A stretch of 62,139 nt of DNA, counting the filler. It is 4 parts of 4 records of this genome, joined end to end, with 100 filler letters (N's around TTAATTAATTAA, not from the genome) between each part and the next. Parts side by side here need not be neighbours in the genome. Positions count along the whole stretch, not along the records: positions 1 to 24,982 come from SRR31156797_13515; positions 25,083 to 40,656 come from SRR31156797_13521; 2 more parts are not named here. The stretch is one strand, 5' to 3'. Both the position numbers and the translations under genes were made by a program. The notes below the pieces were generated by a model that made no database searches, had not been told where the DNA came from, and saw nothing but the letters and a program-made list of their open reading frames with translations. Shown in pieces: positions 16,960 through 26,823 of this stretch; the stretch's first letter is position 1; each line of letters starts with the position of its first letter.

Positions 16960-19560
16960 GTGATATCACTTAATAACGACCAACTTAATAACAAAACTTA
17001 TTTAGACTTAATTAATAACTATCTTATCGCATCTCAAACAGATGCGAAAGGATATATTACAGATGTATCTGATGCAATGTGTGATATTACTGGATATACC
17101 AGAGAAGAACTTATTGGAAAAAAACACAATATTATAAGACATCCTGATATGCCAGCTGAGGCTTTTGATGACCTTTGGAAAACTATTACTAGTGGAAAAG
17201 TTTGGGAAGCAGAAGTAAAAAACCGAAAAAAAGATGGAAAAAGCTACTGGGTTAAAACACGAATCTCCCCTACTTTTGATGAAAATGGAAAAATAGTTGG
17301 ATATGCTTCAATACGTGTAGATATCACGGATAAGAAAAAAGTTGAAGAGGTTTCTGTTACTGATGAGCTTACAAAATTGTATAACAGACGTCACTTTAAT
17401 ATTATCTTTTCAAAAGAGATCAATCGAGCAAAAAGGGAAAATAAAAACCTTGGCTTTGCTATTTTTGATGTGGATAACTTTAAACTTTACAATGATTTTT
17501 ATGGACACCTTAAAGGTGATAAAGTCTTAAAAAAGATTTCAAAAGTAACCAAGCAAAATCTTAAACGTGCTACAGATTATTCATTTAGACTTGGTGGTGA
17601 AGAGTTTGGAGTCCTTATTTATGATATTGAGCTTGAAGGTTTTTCCAAAGTGATCGAAAATATTCGAAAAGGGATTGAAGATCTACAAATTGAACATGAA
17701 TATAATAAAGGTCACAATGTAGTGACTGCATCATTTGGTGGCGTAGTGTTTGGGAGTGAAAAAAAGATCCCATCACAAAAGATCTACCAGTTTACCGATG
17801 AGCTTTTATATTTTTCTAAAAAACATGGAAGAAATCGAATCAAAGTAGAAAACTATAATGCTATTGGCCATGAAGTTGATCTCAATCAAATGCAAGAAAA
17901 GATCGAAGATGATCATATCTCCAAACTAGAAAAACTAGTCAATGAAAAAACAAAAGAGTTGCAAGAGAATCTTTCAAAACTTCAAAGTTATGCAAAAGCT
18001 ATTGATGTAAACTCTATCGCTTCTATTTCGGACCCAAAAGGGATCATCACTTATGTCAATGATAAGTTTTGTGAAGTAAGTGGATATACAAAAGAGGAAG
18101 TACTAGGAAAACCACATAGCATTATCCGTCATCCAGATATGCCTAAAGAGGTTTTCAAAGAGATGTGGGATACTATAAGAAACAAACAAATTTGGCAAGG
18201 ACAGGTTAAAAACAAAAAGAAAAATGGTGATCCTTATATTGTTCAAAGTGTAATTGTTCCAATCTTAGATGCTAATAATGAGATCGTAGAATATATCGCT
18301 ACAAGATATGAGATCACTGAGATCTATACTCAACAGAAAAAGCTTGAAAAACAACTGAGAACAGATTATTTAACAGGTCTAGGAAATAGATTTAATCTCC
18401 ATGAAAAACTACAAACTTTAAAAACTGGATCAATTGCCCTTATTGATATCAATAAATTTCATGAGATCAATGATTTTTATGGTGATCAGATCGGGGATCA
18501 GGTTATCGCCCTTTTAGCACAAAAACTCCAAGAGCGATTACAAAACTCTCCTTATGATATTTTTCATCTTCAAGGGGATGAATTTATTATCTTAAACGCA
18601 ACGATAAAAAAAGAGGCTTTTAAAGATGAGATGAAAATGCTCTCTCGCTATCTAAACTATGAAACAATTAAATTCGATGATAAAATATTTTATTTAAGCA
18701 CCACCCTTTCTTTATCTTTTGAGCCACCAGAACTCTTACTCTCAACAGTAAACCTTGCTCATAGTTATGCAAAAGAGAATCATAGTGTTTTTAATATCTA
18801 TAGTTATGATAATTCTCCTGAACAACAATATGCTAACAACTTTAAATGGACACAAAAAATAAAACATGCAATTGAGCAAGATAAAATAGAGGTTTATTTT
18901 CAACCAATTGTAGATACCAATACACAAAAATGTATCAAGTATGAATCTCTTGTTCGTCTCATAGATGAAAATGGTGAAGTAATCTCACCATATTTCTTTC
19001 TTGATATTGCAAAAAAATCAAACTATTATACACAGATCACAAAAATAGTTATTGAAAAGTCTATAAAATATCTTGAACATATATCAAAAGCTATCTCTAT
19101 CAACTTAACTATTGAAGATATTAAAAACAAACGTATCAAAGAGTTTATCTTTGAGAAACTACAAAGCTGTAAAAAATGTGAAGATGTTACTTTTGAACTG
19201 GTTGAGTCTGAGGGGATTGAAAACTTTGAAGAAGTAACAGAGTTTATCTGTACAGTCAAATCATATGGTTGTAAGATGGCAATTGATGATTTTGGAACAG
19301 GATATAGTAACTTTGAATATCTTTTAAAACTCAATGCTGATTATATTAAAATAGATGGTTCTATCATCAAAGATATTGATGTAAATGAAGATAAATATCA
19401 TATCGTCAAAACCATTACAGACTTTGCAAAGGTAAAAAATATCAAACTTATTGCTGAGTTTGTAAGTAATGAAACCATTTATGAAAAAATAAAATCTCTT
19501 GAAATAGACTATTGTCAAGGGTTTTATTTTGGAAAACCTGAACCAAAACCTCTTTCTTAA
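16960..19560 (+). CDS. PAS-GGDEF-PAS-GGDEF(degenerate)-EAL c-di-GMP enzyme
   Basis: Two RHPDMP PAS domains; RATD...GGEEF; QGDEF; YESLVRL; DDFGTGYS. Confidence 0.92.
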   Translation: MISLNNDQLNNKTYLDLINNYLIASQTDAKGYITDVSDAMCDITGYTREELIGKKHNIIRHPDMPAEAFDDLWKTITSGKVWEAEVKNRKKDGKSYWVKTRISPTFDENGKIVGYASIRVDITDKKKVEEVSVTDELTKLYNRRHFNIIFSKEINRAKRENKNLGFAIFDVDNFKLYNDFYGHLKGDKVLKKISKVTKQNLKRATDYSFRLGGEEFGVLIYDIELEGFSKVIENIRKGIEDLQIEHEYNKGHNVVTASFGGVVFGSEKKIPSQKIYQFTDELLYFSKKHGRNRIKVENYNAIGHEVDLNQMQEKIEDDHISKLEKLVNEKTKELQENLSKLQSYAKAIDVNSIASISDPKGIITYVNDKFCEVSGYTKEEVLGKPHSIIRHPDMPKEVFKEMWDTIRNKQIWQGQVKNKKKNGDPYIVQSVIVPILDANNEIVEYIATRYEITEIYTQQKKLEKQLRTDYLTGLGNRFNLHEKLQTLKTGSIALIDINKFHEINDFYGDQIGDQVIALLAQKLQERLQNSPYDIFHLQGDEFIILNATIKKEAFKDEMKMLSRYLNYETIKFDDKIFYLSTTLSLSFEPPELLLSTVNLAHSYAKENHSVFNIYSYDNSPEQQYANNFKWTQKIKHAIEQDKIEVYFQPIVDTNTQKCIKYESLVRLIDENGEVISPYFFLDIAKKSNYYTQITKIVIEKSIKYLEHISKAISINLTIEDIKNKRIKEFIFEKLQSCKKCEDVTFELVESEGIENFEEVTEFICTVKSYGCKMAIDDFGTGYSNFEYLLKLNADYIKIDGSIIKDIDVNEDKYHIVKTITDFAKVKNIKLIAEFVSNETIYEKIKSLEIDYCQGFYFGKPEPKPLS

Positions 19561-19565
19561 GAGGT

Positions 19566-19583
19566 AAGGTACATAATATGAAT
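19566..19583 (+). promoter_or_regulatory. weak sigma54-like promoter (GG-N10-GA variant)
   Basis: AAGGTACATAATATGAAT upstream of the SagB-type gene. Confidence 0.35.
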
Positions 19584-19613
19584 ACTTATTCCTAAACTTT
19601 AAAGGGATAATCT

Positions 19614-20870
19614 ATGCCAATATACCATCAAAAAACAGAGCATTCATATATAAGTATTCGAAAAAACAGTATCTTTTTAGACTGGAGAACCCAGCCAAAG
19701 AACTATAAAACCTATCCACATTTCCAGCAAAGATTTAAAATAGAAGATTTTGAAGAGTTAAATAACCTTAATCTGATCGGTGGTATCACTTATGAAAAAG
19801 AGTATCCTGAGGGGAAATACTATCTTCGAACCAATCCAAGTGCAGGCGCACTCTATCCATGTGAAATATATATCCAAATAAGAGGAATTAAAGGTCTTAT
19901 TCCAGGGATTTATCATTATGAACCTCATACTGCTTCTTTATGTCTTTTACAAGAGTGTGAAAGTGATGGGGTTGAACACTACTTTAAAGATAATTCACGT
20001 CAAAAAGGTCTGGTATTTTTAATCTCCTCAATTTACTTTCGAAGTTCATGGAAATATAGAGATAGAAGTATCCGATATATTTTACTCGATAGTGGTCATG
20101 CCCTAGGAGCAATCTATGCCGCTCTTTGTGTAATGGGAAAAGAATCAAGCTTTGAATTTGATTTTGATAAATTAGCACTCAATGAAAAATGTGGCTTTAG
20201 AAATGATGAAATGTTTACTTGCGGTGTTATAACAGCAGAAAAACTTGATAAAGCAACCAAACCTTTAAGACAAGAGCTACCATATGTGAGTGGCTGTGAT
20301 TTTCTTGAAACAAATGAGTTTATTGAAACTGCCTATAAAGAAACAGCCAACTATGAAAGTGAATCTATTACAAAACTTGGTTTTTTTGATGATATTCCAG
20401 AAGAGCAGTTGAAAAATACTATTTTAAATAGACGTTCCATTCGTGCATTTAGAATGCAAACCATCTCTAAAGAGGAGTATGATTTCATCTTAAAAGATCT
20501 TTTTAGCTTTGCAAAAGCAAATAATATTGATATCTTTTATACACTCCATAGAGTTGATGATGAGATACAAGGACTTTATAAAAATGGTGAACTAATAAGT
20601 GAGGGTGATTTTTCACAAAAATCAAGATACTTAAGTCTAGAACAAAACTTAGGTGGACAAAGTGCCCTTACCTTTTACTTCACTTCTAGCGAAAAAGAAG
20701 CCTATCAAAAAGTAAATATCTTAAGTGGCTTTATTGCTCAAATTATCTATTTACGATCTGAACTTAAAGAGATTGGATGTAGTGGTATTGGAGCGTATTA
20801 TGATAAAGAAGTACAAGAGTTTTTAAAAACAGATAATAATATCTTATACCTTTTAGCAATAGGACGATAA
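19614..20870 (+). CDS. SagB/ThcOx-type nitroreductase-family protein (two-domain)
   Basis: RTNPSAGALYP, RSSWKYRDRSIRYILLDSGH, RRSIRAF, GCSGIGAYYD. Confidence 0.88.
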   Translation: MPIYHQKTEHSYISIRKNSIFLDWRTQPKNYKTYPHFQQRFKIEDFEELNNLNLIGGITYEKEYPEGKYYLRTNPSAGALYPCEIYIQIRGIKGLIPGIYHYEPHTASLCLLQECESDGVEHYFKDNSRQKGLVFLISSIYFRSSWKYRDRSIRYILLDSGHALGAIYAALCVMGKESSFEFDFDKLALNEKCGFRNDEMFTCGVITAEKLDKATKPLRQELPYVSGCDFLETNEFIETAYKETANYESESITKLGFFDDIPEEQLKNTILNRRSIRAFRMQTISKEEYDFILKDLFSFAKANNIDIFYTLHRVDDEIQGLYKNGELISEGDFSQKSRYLSLEQNLGGQSALTFYFTSSEKEAYQKVNILSGFIAQIIYLRSELKEIGCSGIGAYYDKEVQEFLKTDNNILYLLAIGR

Positions 20871-21310
20871 TGAAACATAAAAACCAACCCATTACAGCCA
20901 AACAAGCATCTATAAAAGCTCTAAAAAGTTTTATCTCTATCATCCCTATGCTTCTTGGTGTGATTCTTTTGGTTGGACTATTTCAAACCTATATCACTCC
21001 TGATATGCTCACAAAACTTTTTGGATATAGTATTGTTACCGATGTATTAAGTGGAACTCTTTTTGGGGCGATCTCTTCTGGAAACCCAGTGATGAGCTAT
21101 ATCATTGGAGATGAACTTTTAAACAATGGCGTTACCCTTTTTGCAATCACTGCTTTTATCCTTTCATGGGTTACTTTAGGGATTGTCCAACTCCCTGCAG
21201 AGGCGAGTGTCTTTGGAATGAAATTCACAGTATATAAAAACCTTTTAACTCTCATTAGTACAATCTTTGTAGCAATCTGTGCGGTTCTTACTCTAAAGGT
21301 ATTATTTTGA
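20870..21310 (+). CDS. permease, DUF318/ArsP-like half protein
   Basis: Hydrophobic; SSGNPVMSY...LLNNG motif; coupled to the upstream stop (TAATG). Confidence 0.75.
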   Translation: MKHKNQPITAKQASIKALKSFISIIPMLLGVILLVGLFQTYITPDMLTKLFGYSIVTDVLSGTLFGAISSGNPVMSYIIGDELLNNGVTLFAITAFILSWVTLGIVQLPAEASVFGMKFTVYKNLLTLISTIFVAICAVLTLKVLF

Positions 21311-21804
21311 AAAAAGGGATCCAATTCAAAGGAGTTAAGCTCTTAGGCTTTGTAGTACTTCTTTATGTGATATTAGCTTTTTTTGATTCTCATAATATAC
21401 TATTATCTCTAGAAAAGTCTTTAGAGATCATTGGACAAATTTGGCCAATCTTCCTATTTATCATTCTTCTTACTGCTGTGATCAATTACTTTTTAAAACC
21501 AAAACAGATCATTAAACACTTTGGACAAGAGAGTGGAAAAAAAGGGGTGATCTATGCACTTTTAGCTGGAATAATTAGTCATGGTCCAATGTATGCTTGG
21601 TATGGACTAATTCAAGAATTAAGAGAAAAAGGGGCAAAAGATGAACTCCTTATTATTTTCTTTTTTGCACGAGCTATAAAGATCCCTATGATCCCTTTCT
21701 CTATTTCTGTATTTGGAACCCCTTTTACACTCATTATCTCTTTTTATATTCTCCTTTTTGCCTATTTACAAGGGAAAGTTTTTTCTTATCTTTATAATAG
21801 ATAA
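21307..21804 (+). CDS. permease, DUF318/ArsP-like half protein
   Basis: Hydrophobic; GIISHGPMYAWY...LREKG motif; overlaps the upstream stop. Confidence 0.75.
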   Translation: MKKGIQFKGVKLLGFVVLLYVILAFFDSHNILLSLEKSLEIIGQIWPIFLFIILLTAVINYFLKPKQIIKHFGQESGKKGVIYALLAGIISHGPMYAWYGLIQELREKGAKDELLIIFFFARAIKIPMIPFSISVFGTPFTLIISFYILLFAYLQGKVFSYLYNR

Positions 21805-21815
21805 TCTCCATTATA

Positions 21816-21833
21816 AAGGAACACTTTTTGCAT
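21816..21833 (+). promoter_or_regulatory. sigma54 (-24/-12) promoter
   Basis: AAGGAACACTTTTTGCAT: GG 21818-19, 10 nt, GC 21830-31. Confidence 0.7.
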
Positions 21834-21866
21834 TTATTATTTCCACAAAATTATAAGGAAAAAAAT

Positions 21867-22433
21867 ATGGCAACTATCATTGAATTTATGAAAGAAAATG
21901 AACTTACATGGCAACCATCTTTTAGTGGTGAGCTTGAGGGCGGACTTTATGGATATAGAGGAGCAATTATTGTTGAAGAGGGAAAACAAATCTCTCCAGA
22001 TAGAAAACTTCCTCCAAAAATCCAAGCAAAACAAGTTATTTTAGTGACTGAGGGTGAAGTAGTTAAATTCTTTACTTGCGAATTAGAAAGTTTTCACCAC
22101 TTTAAACCATTTTTTGAAAAATATGGACAATTCTTCAATAGCGACTCAAAAACTGTACTTTATGTAACTGACTTAGAGGGTGAAGGTACTTTTGAATATG
22201 AAGGTATCAAATTTACAGCTCTTCCACTTGATGAGAGTTCAGTATGGAATGAGATCTTAGATATGGCAGATCTTGAAAAATCTGATATGAAATCTTTAAA
22301 AAAACAAGAAGAGAAAATTGAAAAAGTATACGAAGAGATTTGTGATGCTGATATAAATGAAGCTGCAAAATCTTTTGATGAAATGGTAGCAATGGTAGGT
22401 GAAAGTTCTAAACAACTTATGGGTGCTGTTTAA
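21867..22433 (+). CDS. hypothetical acidic protein
   Basis: TAAGGA SD before ATG 21867; own promoter and terminator. Confidence 0.8.
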   Translation: MATIIEFMKENELTWQPSFSGELEGGLYGYRGAIIVEEGKQISPDRKLPPKIQAKQVILVTEGEVVKFFTCELESFHHFKPFFEKYGQFFNSDSKTVLYVTDLEGEGTFEYEGIKFTALPLDESSVWNEILDMADLEKSDMKSLKKQEEKIEKVYEEICDADINEAAKSFDEMVAMVGESSKQLMGAV

Positions 22434-22452
22434 TCCTTATTCAATAAATTTC

Positions 22453-22484
22453 TATAAATAGTAGCAAACTGGCTACTATTTATA
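22453..22484 (+). terminator. intrinsic terminator hairpin
   Basis: TATAAATAGTAGC-aaactg-GCTACTATTTATA (13-bp stem) followed by a T-rich tract. Confidence 0.7.
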
Positions 22485-22530
22485 CTACTTTTCTTTTTTT
22501 ACCCTTTTTATTTACGATATAATATACCCC

Positions 22531-24138
22531 ATGGACAATATACTATTAGCTATTTTTTTAGCCATCTCATTTGCAACTGTTTTTAATATCATATTCAAAC
22601 ATTTTGGAATATCGCATATCATAGGCTATATTCTAAGCGGTACGATTATCAGTTATCTATTTAATTTTAATGGACTCAATCTACACTCTTTAGAGATGAT
22701 CGGAGAGTTTGGGATCGTCTTTTTGATGTTTACCATAGGATTAGAGCTTAACTTTGAAAAGATACGAAAGATGAAAGAGGTACTCCTTGCCAATGGGCTT
22801 TTGCAAGTAGTGCTTAGTACCATTACTATTTTACTGATCTCTTATTATATATTTAAAATAGATTTTACAACCTCTTTAATTGTAGCTTTAGCCTTTTCAC
22901 TCTCTTCAACCGCTATTGTACTTACATACCTTAAAAGCTCAAAAGATATTCATACCCCTTATGGAGAAAAGTCTCTAGGGATTTTGATCTTTCAAGACTT
23001 AGCAGTGATCCCTATTTTACTTCTTATTACATTTTTAACCAATGATACTCTCTCTATCACGGAAGTACTTTTACATACTACATTAATGGCAATAGCCATT
23101 ATTCTTTTAATGTTTACTATAGGAAAATATATAGTAAGAAGACTTTTACGATATTCAGCCCATACAGGGATAGAAGAGCTATTTTTAGGGGCAGTATTTA
23201 CTATTGTTATAGGTTCATCTCTTCTTGCTCATAATTTTGGATTTACCTATTCTCTTGGAGCTTTTATTGCAGGTATGATCATCGCTGATACTGGCTTTCA
23301 CGTCAAAGTGGAATCTGATATTGCGAGCTACAAAGACTTTTTACTTGGAGCATTTTTCTTTAGTGTAGGAACTAAAATTGATGCAATCTATTTTATCACC
23401 CATATCCATGTGGTGCTTGGGATTTTTGTCCTTGTATTTTTATTTAAAGCTTTAGTGATCTTTGCTATTTTAAGAAGAAGAAACGATACAAACACCTCAG
23501 CCAAAACTGCTCTAGCCCTTGGAAGTGTGGGAGAGTTTTCTTTTGCTATTTTTGCATTAGCTTCTTCAAATAACCTAATCACCAATGAGATGACTAGTTT
23601 TCTTATTTTGATCACGGTACTTTCGATGATCCTCACACCATTTATAGTAAATAATATCTATAAACTCTCTTCATATTTTGAAAAAGAGTTTTATGAATCA
23701 GATGTGATCACCCCCATTGAAAAATCTGACCATGTAATAGTAGTAGGGTTTGAGACCCTTGGGCGTGTGGTTGCTCAAGACTTAAAAGATAGAGATATCC
23801 CTTTTGTTATTATCTCAGATAATCTTCGACATGTACTCTTAGCTAGAAAACTAGGTTTTGATGGATACTTTGGACACTTAGATAAACTTCCTGTTTTAGA
23901 ATCACTCAAAGCAGATCAAACCTCGAGTATCATCTTAACTATGCATAGTACCGCTAGAAAGAAACTGATCTCAGAAGCTGTGTTGCAGTTTTGTCCTGAG
24001 GCAAAGATCATAGTAAAGATAGACTATCAAGAGGAGAGAAAAGAGCTAAAAGGGATCAACTTTAGTACTTTTATAGATTCAGATATTGAAGTTGGAAAAC
24101 TTCTTGTAAATGCCTCATCAACTTTTATCAAGTCGTAA
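22531..24138 (+). CDS. CPA2 cation:proton antiporter with C-terminal TrkA_N domain (KefB/KefC-like)
   Basis: EFGIVFLMFTIGLE, LSSTAIV, LIFQDLAVIP, GEFSF; VIVVGF TrkA_N. Confidence 0.9.
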   Translation: MDNILLAIFLAISFATVFNIIFKHFGISHIIGYILSGTIISYLFNFNGLNLHSLEMIGEFGIVFLMFTIGLELNFEKIRKMKEVLLANGLLQVVLSTITILLISYYIFKIDFTTSLIVALAFSLSSTAIVLTYLKSSKDIHTPYGEKSLGILIFQDLAVIPILLLITFLTNDTLSITEVLLHTTLMAIAIILLMFTIGKYIVRRLLRYSAHTGIEELFLGAVFTIVIGSSLLAHNFGFTYSLGAFIAGMIIADTGFHVKVESDIASYKDFLLGAFFFSVGTKIDAIYFITHIHVVLGIFVLVFLFKALVIFAILRRRNDTNTSAKTALALGSVGEFSFAIFALASSNNLITNEMTSFLILITVLSMILTPFIVNNIYKLSSYFEKEFYESDVITPIEKSDHVIVVGFETLGRVVAQDLKDRDIPFVIISDNLRHVLLARKLGFDGYFGHLDKLPVLESLKADQTSSIILTMHSTARKKLISEAVLQFCPEAKIIVKIDYQEERKELKGINFSTFIDSDIEVGKLLVNASSTFIKS

Positions 24139-24149
24139 CATTTTGTTAC
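24135..24149. promoter_or_regulatory. palindromic candidate operator upstream of dctP
   Basis: GTAACA-TTT-TGTTAC. Confidence 0.4.
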
Positions 24150-24253
24150 ACTCTTGATACCTTTTTTACTTTACATTTTACGTTTTTTTTTTCATTATAC
24201 ATAACTTTGACATAACAATATTTTATAATTTTACAAATACACATTAAGGAGTT

Positions 24254-24982
24254 ATGATGAAGATTTTAAAAGGATTAACAGTTGCAGCCCTGCTAGCAAC
24301 TTCAGGTTTAGCAGCAGAGTATACACTCAAATTCTCACACGTGGTCAGTCCAAATACACCTAAAGGAAAAGCAGCAGATTTCTTTGAAAAGAAACTAGAA
24401 GAGCTTAGTGGTGGAAGAATAGATGTACAAGTCTATCCATCTTCTCAACTTTACAATGACAATGCAGCGCTTAAGGCTTTACGATTAAATTCGATCCAGA
24501 TGGCAGCACCAAGCTTTTCAAAATTTGGAAAGCTCGTTCCTCAATTGGCTTTATTTGACCTTCCATTTTTATTTAAAGATATGGGACACTTACATAGAGT
24601 TCAAGATGGTGAAGTGGGAGATAAACTCAAAAAAATGGTAACTGCAAAAGGGTTTGTAGCACTCAATTTTTGGGATAATGCTTTTAAACAACTTTCAACT
24701 TCAAAAGATGAACCTATCTTATGGCCAAAAGACGCAGCAGGACAAAAGTTTAGAATCATGAGTTCAAAAGTACTTGAAGAGCAATTCTTAGCAGTAGATG
24801 CAAATCCACAAATGATGCCATTTTCTGAAGTATATTCAGGGTTACAACAAGGGGTAATAGATGCAGCTGAGAATCCAATCTCAAATATCTATACAAAAAA
24901 ATTTCATGAAGTTCAAAAACATATCACTCTATCTAACCATGGATATCTTGGATACTTAGTTGTTATGTCTAAAAAATTCTGG
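24254..24982 (+). CDS. dctP: TRAP transporter substrate-binding protein DctP (3' truncated at contig end)
   Basis: Signal peptide; KFSHVVSPNTPKG, FDLPFLF, KFRIMSS, PFSEVYSGLQQGVIDAAENP. Confidence 0.92.
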
Positions 24983-25082
24983 NNNNNNNNNNNNNNNNNN
25001 NNNNNNNNNNNNNNNNNNNNNNNNNNTTAATTAATTAANNNNNNNNNNNNNNNNNNNNNNNNNNNNNNNNNNNNNNNNNNNN
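24983..25082. other. artificial contig spacer
   Basis: N runs flanking TTAATTAATTAA (stops in all six frames). Confidence 0.98.
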
Positions 25083-26276
25083 GGAGAAGAAGGAGATAAA
25101 TTACTTTTTAAAATATTGAATTCAGGAGATTTCTTAAAAAAAGCAGATCAACAGTTATTGTCAGAAAAAAACTCGGTTAAGGTTACCAATCAAATCTCAG
25201 AAAAAGGATTAAGATATGACCTGACCGTACCTTTTGCAAGATTTGTAGTACAACATCAGAATGAAATTTCATTCCCATTTAAGCGATATCAGATTCAACC
25301 GGTTTGGAGAGCAGATAGACCTCAAAAAGGAAGATACAGAGAGTTTTATCAGTGTGATGTAGATGTTGTTGGATCAGATTCATTAATGAATGAAGTAGAA
25401 TTGATTCAGATTGTTGATGATGTCTATAAAGCACTAAAAATTAATGTTCTTGTTAAAATGAATAATCGTAAGATTTTAACAGGAATTGCTGAAATAATTG
25501 GAGAAGCTGATAAAATTGTAGATATAACCGTTGCAATTGATAAACTGGATAAAATAGGTTTAGAAAAAGTAAACGAAGAATTACTGCAAAAAGGATTGCC
25601 ACAAGAAGCGGTTGATAAATTGCAGCCTATTATTCAACTTTCCGGAACAAATGATGAAAAAATAGCAACTTTAAAAGAAGTGCTGGCAACTTCGGAGACT
25701 GGATTAAAAGGTGTTGAGGAAATTCAAACGGTTTTGAATTATTTAAATACGCTAGATATAAATACTGAGGTTGAGTTGGATTTAACTTTAGCTCGAGGAT
25801 TAAACTATTATACAGGTGCTATTTTTGAAGTAAAGGCTTTGGATGTAGAAATTGGAAGTATTACCGGAGGAGGTAGATATGACGATTTAACCGGTATATT
25901 TGGACTAAAAGATGTTTCGGGAGTAGGAATTTCGTTTGGAGCTGATCGTATTTACGATGTGATGAATCAATTGGATTTATATCCTAAAGAATCTATCGTA
26001 TCAACTGAATTACTCTTTATCAACTTTGGCGAGAAAGAGGCGTTATATTCATTGAAGGCTTTGCAAACGATTAGAAAAGCAGGTATAAAAGCTGAGTTAT
26101 ATCCGGATGCTGCTAAAATGAAAAAGCAGATGAACTATGCCAATAAAAAAGAAATTGCATATGTGGCTATGGCTGGTGAAGATGAAATGAATCAAGGCAA
26201 AGTTACCCTAAAAAATATGGCAAGTGGTGAACAAAAATTGCTAACCGTTGACGAGTTGATTAAAGAAATTCAATAA
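25083..26276 (+). CDS. hisS: histidine--tRNA ligase (5' truncated)
   Basis: [51 protein letters not shown]. Confidence 0.97.
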   Translation, partial: GEEGDKLLFKILNSGDFLKKADQQLLSEKNSVKVTNQISEKGLRYDLTVPFARFVVQHQNEISFPFKRYQIQPVWRADRPQKGRYREFYQCDVDVVGSDSLMNEVELIQIVDDVYKALKINVLVKMNNRKILTGIAEIIGEADKIVDITVAIDKLDKIGLEKVNEELLQKGLPQEAVDKLQPIIQLSGTNDEKIATLKEVLATSETGLKGVEEIQTVLNYLNTLDINTEVELDLTLARGLNYYTGAIFEVKALDVEIGSITGGGRYDDLTGIFGLKDVSGVGISFGADRIYDVMNQLDLYPKESIVSTELLFINFGEKEALYSLKALQTIRKAGIKAELYPDAAKMKKQMNYANKKEIAYVAMAGEDEMNQGKVTLKNMASGEQKLLTVDELIKEIQ

Positions 26277-26298
26277 AAAATTAATACAAGATAATAAC

Positions 26299-26327
26299 AA
26301 AGGCCTTCTTTTATAGAGGGCCTTTTT
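26299..26327. terminator. bidirectional intrinsic terminator
   Basis: AAAGGCCTTCT-tttat-AGAGGGCCTTTTT between convergent genes. Confidence 0.8.
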
Positions 26328-26330
26328 CAT

Positions 26331-26813
26331 TTATTTTCTTTTAAAATTTCTGCTCGAAGGATTGATTTCTCCATTTGCTTGTCCTTTAAGTTGTTTTAAA
26401 AGGTAAGTTTTAAATTGACTTTCAACCTGATGTAAAAGGATGACTTTATCAATGGGTAATATTTTTTTTAATTGGTTGTGAAACTCCATTTGCAATTCAG
26501 CTTCTTTTAATTTAAAAGAAACCAATTGATCTATAAGTTCCGTTTTTTTACTGTCAGGATAGCTTTTCCAATTGTTTTTTAAATCCAGATTAACTTGTTT
26601 CTTTTCTTTATTTAGCTGTTCTTTTTTTGCAAAAAAATCATTGTAAACTGGCCAAAATTTTTGTGCCTCATCTGTTGTGAGTCGCAAGCGATTAGTAATA
26701 AAAGCTATTTTTTGAGCTTTAATTCGCTCTAATTTTTCCTGTTTAGATAAATTCTGGGCACTTAACGAAAGTGTGCAAATCAACAATATTACTGTAAGTC
26801 TTATTTTATCCAT
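26331..26813 (-). CDS. secreted Spy/CpxP-like helical protein of the ECF operon
   Basis: Signal peptide; KIAFITNRLRLTTDEAQKFWPVYN; ATG 26813. Confidence 0.75.
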   Translation of the reverse strand: MDKIRLTVILLICTLSLSAQNLSKQEKLERIKAQKIAFITNRLRLTTDEAQKFWPVYNDFFAKKEQLNKEKKQVNLDLKNNWKSYPDSKKTELIDQLVSFKLKEAELQMEFHNQLKKILPIDKVILLHQVESQFKTYLLKQLKGQANGEINPSSRNFKRK

Positions 26814-26823
26814 CTTAGTAACA

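Noticed and set aside
19614-20870. SagB-like gene as part of an azole-RiPP cluster
   Set aside because: No YcaO, E1-like protein or Cys/Ser/Thr-rich precursor nearby.
25027-25038. TTAATTAATTAA, also at 40701-40712 and 56161-56172, as a biological repeat
   Set aside because: Always centred in N runs; an artificial six-frame-stop linker.
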